Source of the DNA: Candidatus Collierbacteria bacterium GW2011_GWA2_42_17
Lineage (GTDB): Bacteria > Patescibacteriota > Microgenomatia > UBA1400 > MFAQ01
NCBI GenBank assembly: GCA_000998275.1
Contig: LCDA01000006.1
Location: 1 to 48,677 of the forward strand
Direction: 5' to 3'
DNA length: 48,677 nt
Under the pieces are notes generated by a model. The model made no database searches, had not been told where the DNA came from, and worked only from the letters and a program-made list of their open reading frames with translations. Below, in pieces: positions 10,089 to 18,974 of this stretch; position 1 is the first letter of the stretch; each line of letters opens with the position of its first letter. The position numbers and the translations under genes are program-made.

Positions 10089-10897
10089 TTGTTCTTATTC
10101 CTGGTATCGGTTCAAAGTTTCTTGGTGCGAGACGCTGGATTGATATCGGCTTTACCGTCATTCAACCATCGGAGCTTCTCAAAATCACTTTGGCTATCTA
10201 TCTTGCCAAATGGCTCGAACAGGAGCGCAGTCTCAAGCACTTTCTCCTTCTTCTGGGAGTAAATCTGGTGTTGATTATGCTCCAGCCGGACCTCGGTACC
10301 GCTATCATCACCGTCGGCGTTTCCTTCATGATTTACTATCTTTCAGGAGCCAGAATCAAAGAAATCTTTTCTTTTAGTGCTGTTCTGGTCGCGGCCATCA
10401 GCGCTTTAATTATTTTTTCTCCTTATCGTATGGACAGAGTAAAAACCTTCATGGATCCAACTAAGGATCCTTTAGGTGCTTCATACCACATTAACCAAGT
10501 CCTCTACGGTCTTGGTTCAGGGGGTGTTTCCGGTGTTGGTTTAGGTAAGTCTCGTCAAAAATATGCTTATCTTCCCGAAGCTACCACCGACTCAATCTTT
10601 GTCATCATCGCCGAAGAGTTTGGTTTCCTGGGCAGCAGTCTTTTTATCCTGACCCTTGTCGGACTTCTTTTGGCCTCTTTCAAGGTCGCCCTGAATGTTC
10701 ATGATAAATTTGATAAGCTACTGTCTAGTAGTATCACGTTATTATTTTTAATTCAGATATTTGTGAATCTAAGTTCAATGGTTGCCTTAGTCCCTCTCAC
10801 CGGTGTGCCCTTACCCTTCATTTCCTATGGCGGCTCAAGTTTGGTGACCAACTTCATTGCCCTAGGTCTTCTTATTAATATCTCCAAAAGAGTATGA
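10028..10897 (+). CDS. ftsW: SEDS peptidoglycan polymerase FtsW, N-terminally disrupted
   Basis: GARRWI, IQPSELLK, LQPDLGT, GSGGVSGVGLG, LPEATTDSIF, GVPLPFISYGGSS; between mraY and murG. Confidence 0.85.
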   Translation: MSLFKKYAHLLYGVSLFLMVIVLIPGIGSKFLGARRWIDIGFTVIQPSELLKITLAIYLAKWLEQERSLKHFLLLLGVNLVLIMLQPDLGTAIITVGVSFMIYYLSGARIKEIFSFSAVLVAAISALIIFSPYRMDRVKTFMDPTKDPLGASYHINQVLYGLGSGGVSGVGLGKSRQKYAYLPEATTDSIFVIIAEEFGFLGSSLFILTLVGLLLASFKVALNVHDKFDKLLSSSITLLFLIQIFVNLSSMVALVPLTGVPLPFISYGGSSLVTNFIALGLLINISKRV

Positions 10898-11973
10898 AAC
10901 CCTTAATTGCTTTTACCGGCGGTCACCACAACAGCGCTTTAGTAATCGCCAAATCATTTCAAAAAGAAGGCTACCCCATTATCTGGATTGGTCATAAATT
11001 CGCCTCGAAAGGGGATAAATCACTCTCGGCCGAGTATCAGGAGATTACTGGATCAGGACTCCAGTTCCTGGAGCTAAAAACCGGTAAGTTTTATCAAAAA
11101 TTTAATCCGCTTGAGTGGCTTAAGATTGCCTTTGGTTTTTTTCAGGCTTTTATTTATTTAATAACCTACCGACCAAAATTAATCTTTTCTTCCGGTGGTT
11201 ACCTTTCCGTTCCGGTGGTTATCGCCGGTTGGTTTCTCGGCATTCCCTCCATTACTCACGAACAAACAGTCATTGCCGGTTGGGCGAACAAAGCTATCTC
11301 GCCTTTTGTTAAGAAAATTCTTTTAACTCACGTTTCATCACTGCCAAACTTTCCCCAAGAAAAGTCCGTCGTTGTTGGACTCCCGATAAGAAAGGAACTT
11401 TTAAACAGTAAATACACCAAAAAATTTGACCCCAAACTTATCTATATTTCTTGTGGCAAACAAGGTTCTCATACCATCAATAAAGCCCTCTTCCCGATTC
11501 TACCCCAGCTTGTTGCCAAATTTACTGTTGTTCATCAAACAGGTGCCAATACTCTAACCAAAGACTCCGACCGGGCCAGAAGAATCAAAGAAAAGCTAGG
11601 AGAATACAAAGACCGTTATATTTTTGCCCCCTATTTTTTTGCCGAAGACGCCGCCACCTACATTCGCTCCTCCTCAGCTATCGTCGGACGAGCCGGAGCC
11701 CACTCTGTCTACGAACTGATGGTTCTTGGAAAAAAAGCAGTTCTTATCCCTATTCCTTGGGTGTCTCACAATGAACAATTTTTAAATGCCAAGCTCGCCG
11801 AAGAGCAAATCGGCAGCTTCATTCTGGAAGAAAAAGATCTCACCCCGGAGTCTTTATATCAGGCTATTATTGAATTAGTTAAACGTCCATCTATCAAGCC
11901 ATCAACCAAATTAGCGACCGATGCTACAGAAAAGATCATTCAAATCATCCGTGAACACCTCCAAGAGGCTTAA
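10894..11973 (+). CDS. murG: MurG-like GT28 glycosyltransferase
   Basis: TGGHH, GGYLSVP, HEQ, GLPIR, GRAGA, EQFLNA; dcw position. Confidence 0.88.
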   Translation: MKPLIAFTGGHHNSALVIAKSFQKEGYPIIWIGHKFASKGDKSLSAEYQEITGSGLQFLELKTGKFYQKFNPLEWLKIAFGFFQAFIYLITYRPKLIFSSGGYLSVPVVIAGWFLGIPSITHEQTVIAGWANKAISPFVKKILLTHVSSLPNFPQEKSVVVGLPIRKELLNSKYTKKFDPKLIYISCGKQGSHTINKALFPILPQLVAKFTVVHQTGANTLTKDSDRARRIKEKLGEYKDRYIFAPYFFAEDAATYIRSSSAIVGRAGAHSVYELMVLGKKAVLIPIPWVSHNEQFLNAKLAEEQIGSFILEEKDLTPESLYQAIIELVKRPSIKPSTKLATDATEKIIQIIREHLQEA

Positions 11974-12760
11974 CCGACGCGTCCGTATCAATCTGGAAAC
12001 GCTAAAAATAAGGTTAAAAAGATTTTTGCCAATTCTTATCTTGATTCCCGTTATTTTATTTCTTAACAGTCTTTTTATTATCAAAAAAATAAACTGTTCT
12101 TTTAACAATGAAGTCTGTCCTCAAGAAATACAAATAGTTCAAAACAACTTGATTGGCTCAAACTCACTCCTTATTAATCAAAAAGACTTACTTACCTTTT
12201 TTAAAGCAGCCTATCCAATAGACAAAATGAGTATTGGCTATCAAGCCTTCAACACACTAAATATTAATCTCAAGGGCAACGACCCTTACCTCCAGGTAGA
12301 TGTCTATCTGGTAAGCAGTCTCCCTAAGCTTTCTATGGATCAAGCTCCCAGCACTACCGACTCAGCCGGTTGGTGGGTCAAACCATCGGGAGAACTGGAA
12401 AGCTTCGTTCTCACCCAAAAAGCACTGGGCTTTAATCTTTGGGAAAATGGCTCGATGTCTCAAATCGCGACAACGGGAGCTAATATAAGCTTCATTTTTA
12501 TCGAGAAACCAACCCCAGAGATATTATCTTCAGTTTACAAAATGGTGAGATTGGTTCTTAAATATCTTGATGTATCCGATATCTATACCCTTGGCCGCCG
12601 TTCTTTCTTGAGCCGGCCCAACGAACCTGATATCATAATAGGTGTACCTTTTGACGAAGGAAGCTTGGTTTCTGCTTTACAATCACTAAGCTACCTCGCT
12701 ACAATTAAAAAAGACGCAAAAGTGATCGATTTAAGTTTTAAAAATCCGATCATAAGATAA
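11921..12760 (+). CDS. Divergent FtsQ/DivIB-like protein
   Basis: Basic N-terminus, one TM, FIIKKINC (POTRA-like start), C-terminal VIDLSFKNPIIR resembling FtsQ 'IDLR'; between murG and ftsA. GTG 11951 is an alternative start. Confidence 0.6.
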   Translation: MLQKRSFKSSVNTSKRLNRRVRINLETLKIRLKRFLPILILIPVILFLNSLFIIKKINCSFNNEVCPQEIQIVQNNLIGSNSLLINQKDLLTFFKAAYPIDKMSIGYQAFNTLNINLKGNDPYLQVDVYLVSSLPKLSMDQAPSTTDSAGWWVKPSGELESFVLTQKALGFNLWENGSMSQIATTGANISFIFIEKPTPEILSSVYKMVRLVLKYLDVSDIYTLGRRSFLSRPNEPDIIIGVPFDEGSLVSALQSLSYLATIKKDAKVIDLSFKNPIIR

Positions 12761-12764
12761 AAAT

Positions 12765-14039
12765 ATGGCCAAACCACAAGGAATAAACGCGATTGATATC
12801 GGCTCCAGTAAAATTACCTGTCTAATTACTGTTCCCGGTCAAGACGACTCAAAAATTAACCTAGTGGGTGCCGCCACGGTCACTAGTCGCGGAGTCAGAA
12901 GAGGTCAGATTGTCAATATTGAAGAGTGTGTTAGTTCCATCACCGACTGTGTCGAGTCCGCCGAGAGAATGGCTGGTTTTGGTGTTGATTCTGCCTTTGT
13001 TTCTATCTCCGGCGAGAATATTTTGTCTCAAAATTCTCAAGGTTTAGTTGCCATCACCGAGTCGGAAGGAGAAATTGGCCACGACGATGTTTTTCGTGTA
13101 ATTGAAGCCGCCAGAGCCGTGTCCCTACCCACTTCTAGAGAAATCATTCATGTTTTACCCCGTGAGTTTATTGTTGATGGTCAGCACGGCATCAAAGACC
13201 CGACCGGTATGTCTGGCGTTCGTTTGGAAACCGAGACCCATCTCATTACCGGACTTACTCCTGCCATAAAAAATGTTACCCGATGTGTCAACGAACTAGG
13301 CGTTAATGTTTCCGGTCTTGTTTTTACCGGTTTAGCTTCAGCCGAGTCGGTCTTAACCGACACGGACAAAGAGCTCGGTGTGGTTCTCGTCGACATTGGC
13401 GGGGGCACTACCAGTGTTTGTATCTATGTTGAAGGTTCGTGTGTTTACTCTGCCGTTATTCCTGTTGGCGCCAAAAAAATCAGCGACGACATTGCCATAG
13501 GCCTGCAAATCAGCGTCGATAGTGCTGAAAAAATTAAACACTACCTAGGTAAAGTCAAACACGAAACCGAGTCTTCAGACACCAAAAATCTAGATGAAAT
13601 TGATCTGTCGAAAATTGGTATTACCGAAGATGTCAAAAAAGTCTCCCGCAAGACAATCGTCGAGGGCATAATCAGACCCCGTCTCAATGAAATCTTTACC
13701 ATGGTCAACCATGTCATCAAGCAGTCCGGTCTCGAAGGTCAAACACCCGCTGGAGTCATTATTACCGGAGGAGGAGCACTCACCGTCAACTGTACCGAAA
13801 GCTGCCGACGTGTTATGCAACTTCCAGCCAAGTTGGGTATACCAACCGGTCTTCATGGTCTTACCGATGAAATTAACTCTCCTGTTTACGCCACCTCGGT
13901 TGGTCTTGTACTTTATGGTTATCACCACAAAGAACAACAGTCTGCCCCAAGATTAAAACTGTCTGGTATGATAAAAGGAATTCCCGGCAAACAGTTTGTC
14001 GGAAAAGCAATCGATTTTATCAAATCATTCTTACCATAA
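12765..14039 (+). CDS. ftsA: Cell division protein FtsA
   Basis: [36 protein letters not shown]-terminal amphipathic helix. Confidence 0.97.
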   Translation: MAKPQGINAIDIGSSKITCLITVPGQDDSKINLVGAATVTSRGVRRGQIVNIEECVSSITDCVESAERMAGFGVDSAFVSISGENILSQNSQGLVAITESEGEIGHDDVFRVIEAARAVSLPTSREIIHVLPREFIVDGQHGIKDPTGMSGVRLETETHLITGLTPAIKNVTRCVNELGVNVSGLVFTGLASAESVLTDTDKELGVVLVDIGGGTTSVCIYVEGSCVYSAVIPVGAKKISDDIAIGLQISVDSAEKIKHYLGKVKHETESSDTKNLDEIDLSKIGITEDVKKVSRKTIVEGIIRPRLNEIFTMVNHVIKQSGLEGQTPAGVIITGGGALTVNCTESCRRVMQLPAKLGIPTGLHGLTDEINSPVYATSVGLVLYGYHHKEQQSAPRLKLSGMIKGIPGKQFVGKAIDFIKSFLP

Positions 14040-14040
14040 A

Positions 14041-15213
14041 GTGGGCCTTGTCAAACCAGATACAAACACCTTCGCCAAAATAAAAGTCCTCGGAGTTGGA
14101 GGAGGCGGTAACAACGCTATAAACTCCATGATTTCTTCAGGAAAGATAAAAGGTGTTGAGTTTATTGCCGTCAACACCGATATGCAGGCGTTAATAAACT
14201 CCAATGCTGACATCAAACTTCAGATTGGTGAAAAGGGTACCAAAGGTCTGGGTTCGGGATCAAATCCTGAGATTGGTTCTCAAGCCGCCGAAGAATCCCG
14301 CGAAAAAATTAAAGAAGTTCTTATGGGTGCCGATATGGTTTTCATTACCGCTGGTGAAGGTGGCGGAACTGGAACTGGTGCCGCTCCCATCATCGCTGAA
14401 ATATCCAGAAAAGACGTTGGAGCTCTCACTGTTGCTGTCGTTACCAAACCCTTCCTTTTTGAAGGTGCCCGCCGCCGTGTTCAGGCCGAAGAGGGGATTG
14501 AAAATCTCAAAGACAAAGTCGACACTCTGATTGTTATCCCCAATCAAAGACTAATCGACATGGCTAAAAAAGAACAAACTCTTCTTGACGCTTTCAAAAT
14601 GGCCGACTCTGTTCTTGGCCAAGGTGTCCAAAGTATCTCCGACCTTATCACCATCCCCGGTCTTGTCAACGTTGACTTTGCCGACGTCAAAACAGTCATG
14701 ACCAACGCCGGTTCCGCTCTTATGGGTGTCGGTCGTAGTTCTGGTGAGAAACGTGCCATCATCGCTGCCAACGCCGCCGTTAGTTCACCTCTTCTAGAGA
14801 TCAGTATCGAAGGCGCTCGCGGCATTCTCTTTAATATCGCAGGTAGTAAGAGTCTAACTCTCACCGAAATCAACGAAGCCTCCTCAATTATTACTCAGTC
14901 TGCCGATCCGGATGCCAACATTATCTTCGGCACTACTATAAGAGAAGATCTTGGTGATGAAATTCAAATCTCGGTCATTGCTGCTGGTTTTGATGAAAAT
15001 CGTCGTCACTTTGGTAGCATCCCTTCCGTCAACCCATATCTCACTCCTAAGCCAGTTGTTTCTCAAGAACCAGAGAAACAACCTGTTGAATCCGAGGAAG
15101 AACCACAACCTTCCACTCAAGTTAAACTTGCCGGCAAATACAAAGTACACCACAACGAGGTTGATATTGAAGACGATCTGGACATCCCTGCCTTCCTTAG
15201 AAACAAGTACTAA
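14041..15213 (+). CDS. ftsZ: Cell division protein FtsZ
   Basis: [23 protein letters not shown]-terminal DLDIPAFLR. Probable GTG start 1 nt after the ftsA stop. Confidence 0.98.
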   Translation: MGLVKPDTNTFAKIKVLGVGGGGNNAINSMISSGKIKGVEFIAVNTDMQALINSNADIKLQIGEKGTKGLGSGSNPEIGSQAAEESREKIKEVLMGADMVFITAGEGGGTGTGAAPIIAEISRKDVGALTVAVVTKPFLFEGARRRVQAEEGIENLKDKVDTLIVIPNQRLIDMAKKEQTLLDAFKMADSVLGQGVQSISDLITIPGLVNVDFADVKTVMTNAGSALMGVGRSSGEKRAIIAANAAVSSPLLEISIEGARGILFNIAGSKSLTLTEINEASSIITQSADPDANIIFGTTIREDLGDEIQISVIAAGFDENRRHFGSIPSVNPYLTPKPVVSQEPEKQPVESEEEPQPSTQVKLAGKYKVHHNEVDIEDDLDIPAFLRNKY

Positions 15214-15222
15214 AATATTCAT

Positions 15223-15480
15223 ATGGCTACCAAAAAGAAAACAACTACTCAAAAAACGTTCAAGGTAAATGGAGAAAACCTACTTAAAACTGTTAAGGAT
15301 CTTATCGCTAAAGGCAATGTTCGCCACATCACTATAAAGGATAAAACAGGCAAGGTTGTCATTGAGTTTCCCCTCACCATCGGAGTCGTCGGTGTCGTTC
15401 TTCTTCCCGTTTTTACTGCCGTAGGTGCCATTGCCGCCTTGATCGGCGAGTGTACCATCGCTGTCGAGATAGAAGAATAA
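15223..15480 (+). CDS. DUF4342-domain small protein
   Basis: VKDLIAKGNVRHITIK...EFPLTIGVVG...GAIAALIGECTIAVE. Confidence 0.8.
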   Translation: MATKKKTTTQKTFKVNGENLLKTVKDLIAKGNVRHITIKDKTGKVVIEFPLTIGVVGVVLLPVFTAVGAIAALIGECTIAVEIEE

Positions 15481-15525
15481 TCCAGTAGTATAATATCCCC
15501 ATCTCGCACCTTAAGGAGGATTCCT

Positions 15526-15804
15526 GTGACTATCAAAAAATCTCAAGCTGTAGCTAATTTGAACCGCGCCTTTAACGACACAGTTCAGAGGATCATTCCT
15601 CTAATTGATGAACGTTTAAAAAATGTTTTTGATGGTGACCCAGTCACGATAGGTTTTGACGAGTTAGATCTCTCTCCCGTCAACAGCCACGCTTTGTATC
15701 ACAAAGTTATTCAGCACATCATTGAAACATACAAAAAAGCCGGCTGGGAAGTAACTTACGATGATCATGGCAATTGGCAAAAAGCATACCTCAATTTCAA
15801 GTAG
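15526..15804 (+). CDS. Hypothetical protein (92 aa)
   Basis: TATAAT 15489-15494, TAAGGAGG 15512-15519, GTG start, own terminator. Confidence 0.7.
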   Translation: MTIKKSQAVANLNRAFNDTVQRIIPLIDERLKNVFDGDPVTIGFDELDLSPVNSHALYHKVIQHIIETYKKAGWEVTYDDHGNWQKAYLNFK

Positions 15805-15812
15805 TCTCTTTT

Positions 15813-15840
15813 CCCCGACGCATTCCGTCGGGGTTTTTGT
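15813..15840 (+). terminator. Rho-independent terminator
   Basis: CCCCGACG-cattc-CGTCGGGG followed by TTTTTGT. Confidence 0.85.
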
Positions 15841-15902
15841 ATTTTGATTTGTAAAGATAAAAGGTTGTATGATTGTTATATTAGGTAAATACCGTAAGCA
15901 TT

Positions 15903-16247
15903 ATGCTAGTTTTAATTTTATTGTTAGTGGTTAGTTCGGTTTTAGTGTATATATCGAGGTTTAATTTTGTTCCGGTTTCAGTCAATTTAGGAGTTGTCTC
16001 TATCTCAGATGTTCCTTTGTTTTATGTAATTGTCGGATCTTTGACTGTTGGTCTTGTTTTGTCATACATTGTTTATTTATTCAACTCAATTTCGACCTCA
16101 CTTATGCTCCGCGGAAAAGATAAAGAGATTAAGAAAAACAAGGATGAAGTTCTTGAACTAACCAAACGTGTACATCAGCTAGAGTTAGAAAACGAAAAGC
16201 TAAAACACTCTCCAACCAACGAGTCTGAAGACCCAAACGCTTTGTGA
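15903..16247 (+). CDS. LapA/DUF1049-family membrane protein
   Basis: Two TM helices around N..PVSVNLG...VPLFYVI, then a C-terminal coiled coil. Confidence 0.7.
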   Translation: MLVLILLLVVSSVLVYISRFNFVPVSVNLGVVSISDVPLFYVIVGSLTVGLVLSYIVYLFNSISTSLMLRGKDKEIKKNKDEVLELTKRVHQLELENEKLKHSPTNESEDPNAL

Positions 16248-16717
16248 AAACATTACTAGCCAAAATCTGGAAATTTCTCCGTCTTCCTAAAAGTATTCAA
16301 CTACTAATTATGCGCATCTTTCAGGATCAATTTCTAGTTGGTGTAACTGGAATTATTTTCAATGACAAAAATGAAATTCTTCTCTTCAAACATAGTTACC
16401 GATCACATTCCTGGAGTCTACCTGGTGGTTACTTAAAGTCCGGTGAACACCCACGCGAAGGGTTAGAAAGAGAAATCAAAGAGGAGTCCGGTCTTGTAGT
16501 GAGTGTTGATGAATCACTTAAGACTCGTACCGATCGAGACACTGCTCGCCTGGATATGTGCTACACGGGAGTTTTGATTGGTGGTGATTTTCAGCCAACA
16601 CATGAGGTTTCTGAGTATGGTTTCTTTACCCGAGACAAACTTCCGCTACTTCGAAAAAATCAATTATTTTTGATTGACACGGCTCTAAAAGAGCGAGTCT
16701 CATCCCAGGCATCTTGA
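16244..16717 (+). CDS. NUDIX hydrolase
   Basis: Nudix box WSLPGGYLKSGEHPREGLEREIKEESGL. Confidence 0.92.
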   Translation: MKTLLAKIWKFLRLPKSIQLLIMRIFQDQFLVGVTGIIFNDKNEILLFKHSYRSHSWSLPGGYLKSGEHPREGLEREIKEESGLVVSVDESLKTRTDRDTARLDMCYTGVLIGGDFQPTHEVSEYGFFTRDKLPLLRKNQLFLIDTALKERVSSQAS

Positions 16718-16748
16718 CCATTTGGGGGCTCCCTACAAGTTTATGACC

Positions 16749-17222
16749 TTAATTTAAGCTGGCAATGGTGAAGTTCAGATACGAGGCAAACGTCACCCAC
16801 AAAAGATATGGCACCATTAACCAACTCGCCATCTTACTTACTTTTCCAAACGAGACTATCGTCACCAAGATAAATACCCATAAAACCAGTATTTCTCCAA
16901 AAGCTAACCAGAAATTACCAAGTCCAAAAAAGAAAACAGACCACAAAACATTAAGAACTAGCTGAGCGGCAAACAGTTTTAAAGATACCCGCACCTTATT
17001 ACTCATTTTTGTCGACCAGACAAGGTAAAGGGCTACACCCATCATAATAAAAAGAGATGTCCAAACCGGTCCAAACAGCCAAGATGGAGGAATCCATACT
17101 GGTTTATTAATCGTCAAATACCAGCTTTGGACAGCCGGTGTTGTAAAAAGGGCACCCAAAAATCCAGCCGAAAGAGAAATCACTAAAGAGAGTAATAGTC
17201 GCCAAAGATCATTTGTCTTCAT
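16749..17222 (-). CDS. tspO: TspO/MBR tryptophan-rich sensory protein
   Basis: WYLTINKPVWIPPSWLFGPVWT, LNVLWSVFFF, PYLLWVTFASYLN. Confidence 0.93.
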   Translation of the reverse strand: MKTNDLWRLLLSLVISLSAGFLGALFTTPAVQSWYLTINKPVWIPPSWLFGPVWTSLFIMMGVALYLVWSTKMSNKVRVSLKLFAAQLVLNVLWSVFFFGLGNFWLAFGEILVLWVFILVTIVSFGKVSKMASWLMVPYLLWVTFASYLNFTIASLN

Positions 17223-17251
17223 ATATCAAGTATATCTCAAATAAATATTTG

Positions 17252-17635
17252 TCAATTATGAGCTTCCTCGGCAGCCAAAGCGTCTTCTTTAGTAGTGTGG
17301 ATTGTGCCTTCCGGATGGTTTGCAGGGGAGTAAATGGTATAAAGCTTCAATGGCTCTATGGTTGAGGTATTGATAATGTTGTGGTTAGTTCCTGCAGGCA
17401 CGATTACTACATCGTTGGCCTTAAAAAGTATCTCTTCCCCGTTCAATATGGCCTTACCCACACCTGACTCAAAACGAAAGAACTGATCCACATTTGCGTG
17501 AACCTCCATCCCTATATCTTCACCAGGCAACAGGCTCATCACCACCAGCTGGCTATGTACTCCGGTAAAAAGCACCTTCCTAAAGTTGGTGTTACCAATT
17601 GTTTCAGCCTCAATATCTGCGTGGAATCCTGTCAT
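17252..17635 (-). CDS. Cupin-domain protein
   Basis: NFRKVLFTG, GEDIGMEVH..DQFFRFESG, VPAGTNHNIIN, LKLYTIYSP. Confidence 0.9.
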   Translation of the reverse strand: MTGFHADIEAETIGNTNFRKVLFTGVHSQLVVMSLLPGEDIGMEVHANVDQFFRFESGVGKAILNGEEILFKANDVVIVPAGTNHNIINTSTIEPLKLYTIYSPANHPEGTIHTTKEDALAAEEAHN

Positions 17636-17700
17636 TTTAGTTTGTTAATTAATATCTAAAACCATCTTACTCCCATTACCCAAAACCTGCCATTTTTGGT

Positions 17701-17729
17701 TTGACACTTATCCTATAGTAGAGTACAAT
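17701..17729 (+). promoter_or_regulatory. sigma70-type promoter of the VanW-like gene
   Basis: TTGACA-17 bp-TACAAT, 9 nt before ATG 17739. Confidence 0.75.
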
Positions 17730-17738
17730 ACCCACGTT

Positions 17739-18392
17739 ATGATAAAAAACCTAATCTTAAGCCTCTATTTTGTGCTGTTCTCCGGCGGGGTTTCTACGGT
17801 TCAAAATATTCTCCCTCAAAAAGAGAATGTTTTATCTTCTCGAACAATCTCACTAGAGAATCGTTATCCTTCCCAGAGAGTAAGTGATGTCTTCAAAGAC
17901 AACATTTTACTTAATTTGGCCTATCTTGATGGGCGTGTTGATAGTGCGCAAGACATCAACTGGGCTGAGATAGATAACTCTTTCAGATCCGAGTTTACTC
18001 TTCAACCAAATGAGACTTTTGCCTATCATGATGCAGTTCTTCCCCAGTTTGATGGTAAGGTTGTCAAGACCACTGAGGCTCACTTTAACTACTCCGACGG
18101 ATTCAAAACCGATGGTTATTTATATGGAGATGGTGTTTGTCATCTTGCTTCCCTTATAAACTGGGCAGCCAGAGAGGCAAAACTAGATGTGCTTGCTCCC
18201 GCCAATCATGATTTTGCAAACATTCCTGAGGTGCCTAAAGAATTTGGTGTGTCTATTTACTACAACCCCGCAAACAAATCTATTGGTGCAAATCAAAATT
18301 TATACATCACCAACAATCAGGACAAACCGGTAAACTTTGTTTTTGAATACAAAGATGGACAGCTTTCTGTCACTGTTACCGCCCAGGCCTAA
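17739..18392 (+). CDS. VanW-like exported protein
   Basis: Signal/TM segment, LQPNETFAY, GDGVCHLASLI (VanW GGGxCQ-like), NLYITNN. Confidence 0.7.
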   Translation: MIKNLILSLYFVLFSGGVSTVQNILPQKENVLSSRTISLENRYPSQRVSDVFKDNILLNLAYLDGRVDSAQDINWAEIDNSFRSEFTLQPNETFAYHDAVLPQFDGKVVKTTEAHFNYSDGFKTDGYLYGDGVCHLASLINWAAREAKLDVLAPANHDFANIPEVPKEFGVSIYYNPANKSIGANQNLYITNNQDKPVNFVFEYKDGQLSVTVTAQA

Positions 18393-18408
18393 AGTAAGCA
18401 ATAACACT

Positions 18409-18447
18409 AAAAAGAAGCCAGCTGTTCGTAAGGGCAGATGGCTTCTT
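18409..18447. terminator. Hairpin, probably a bidirectional terminator
   Basis: AAGAAGCCA (18412-18420)/TGGCTTCTT (18439-18447) with inner CTGTTC-GTAA-GGGCAG; the A-run on the left gives a U-tract on the minus strand. Confidence 0.6.
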
Positions 18448-18667
18448 CTCTGATTACACCGAATATCATGAACCAAACACTTTGATATCTTAGCGAAGTG
18501 TAAGGACGGTAACTTACTTCCCGGTTTCTACTGATATGCAACGCACATACCCCAGAGTAGGATGGTTATCCCTAGGCTGCGTTACCACTTAAAAGTGCGG
18601 TGTACCAAAAAGAGTTAGAGAGGTCGTAATTTTGTTAACTTATCCCTACCCTCTTTTATGTGGGATT
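18409..18667 (-). ncRNA. Candidate structured non-coding RNA of unknown family
   Basis: ORF-free. Minus-strand TTGACA-17-TAAATT promoter upstream, nested helices, and a terminal hairpin with U-tract. Strand is inferred mainly from the promoter. Confidence 0.55.
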
Positions 18668-18672
18668 AATTC

Positions 18673-18701
18673 AATTTAGCTAACTTTCAATCATTTGTCA
18701 A
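18673..18701 (-). promoter_or_regulatory. sigma70-type promoter pointing into the ORF-free region
   Basis: Minus strand TTGACA (18701-18696), 17 bp, TAAATT (18678-18673). Confidence 0.6.
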
Positions 18702-18797
18702 TATCAATTTCAAGGCTAAGTTGTAATCAAAATTACAAAATATCGGATACTAAATATTTTTCCCAAACGTAACTGCTATAATCAAAAAGTAACAAAA

Positions 18798-18963
18798 GCG
18801 TTTGAGCCGGGCAATCACCCAGGCGAGCTGGAAGAAGAAAACAGTAGACCTTCCCGGGAAGCCCGTAATAGCGACAATCAAGTAAAAAATTAGATGGTAC
18901 CGTCAGAAAACAATGTTTAATGACTCTAATCCTGGAAGACTTACGTCTTGGCAGGATTTTTTT
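18798..18963 (+). ncRNA. Ile-specific T-box riboswitch (ileS leader) with intrinsic terminator
   Basis: Extended -10 TGcTATAAT 18774-18782. Short Stem I with AUC specifier (18814-18816); Stem II GGAAG...AGUAGA-CCUUCC; IIA/B CGGG/CCCG; antiterminator UUAGA-UGGUACC-GUC...GAC-UCUAA; terminator AAUCCUG...CAGGAUU plus U-run. Confidence 0.9.
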
Positions 18964-18974
18964 GGAATAAAAAA

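Noticed and set aside
13996..14040. N-terminal extension of FtsZ given in the ORF track
   Set aside because: Overlaps the ftsA end; GTG 14041 gives a normal FtsZ start.
13181..15268. Several antisense and alternative-frame ORFs over ftsA/ftsZ (and similar ones over ileS and pyk)
   Set aside because: Shadow ORFs of conserved genes with no motifs or expression signals.
18500..18535. Purine riboswitch suggested by GTTTCTAC on the plus strand
   Set aside because: The rest of the aptamer consensus is missing and no suitable gene follows.
18948..18974. Upstream TTG start for ileS given in the ORF track
   Set aside because: It lies within the T-box terminator; ATG 18975 is more plausible.
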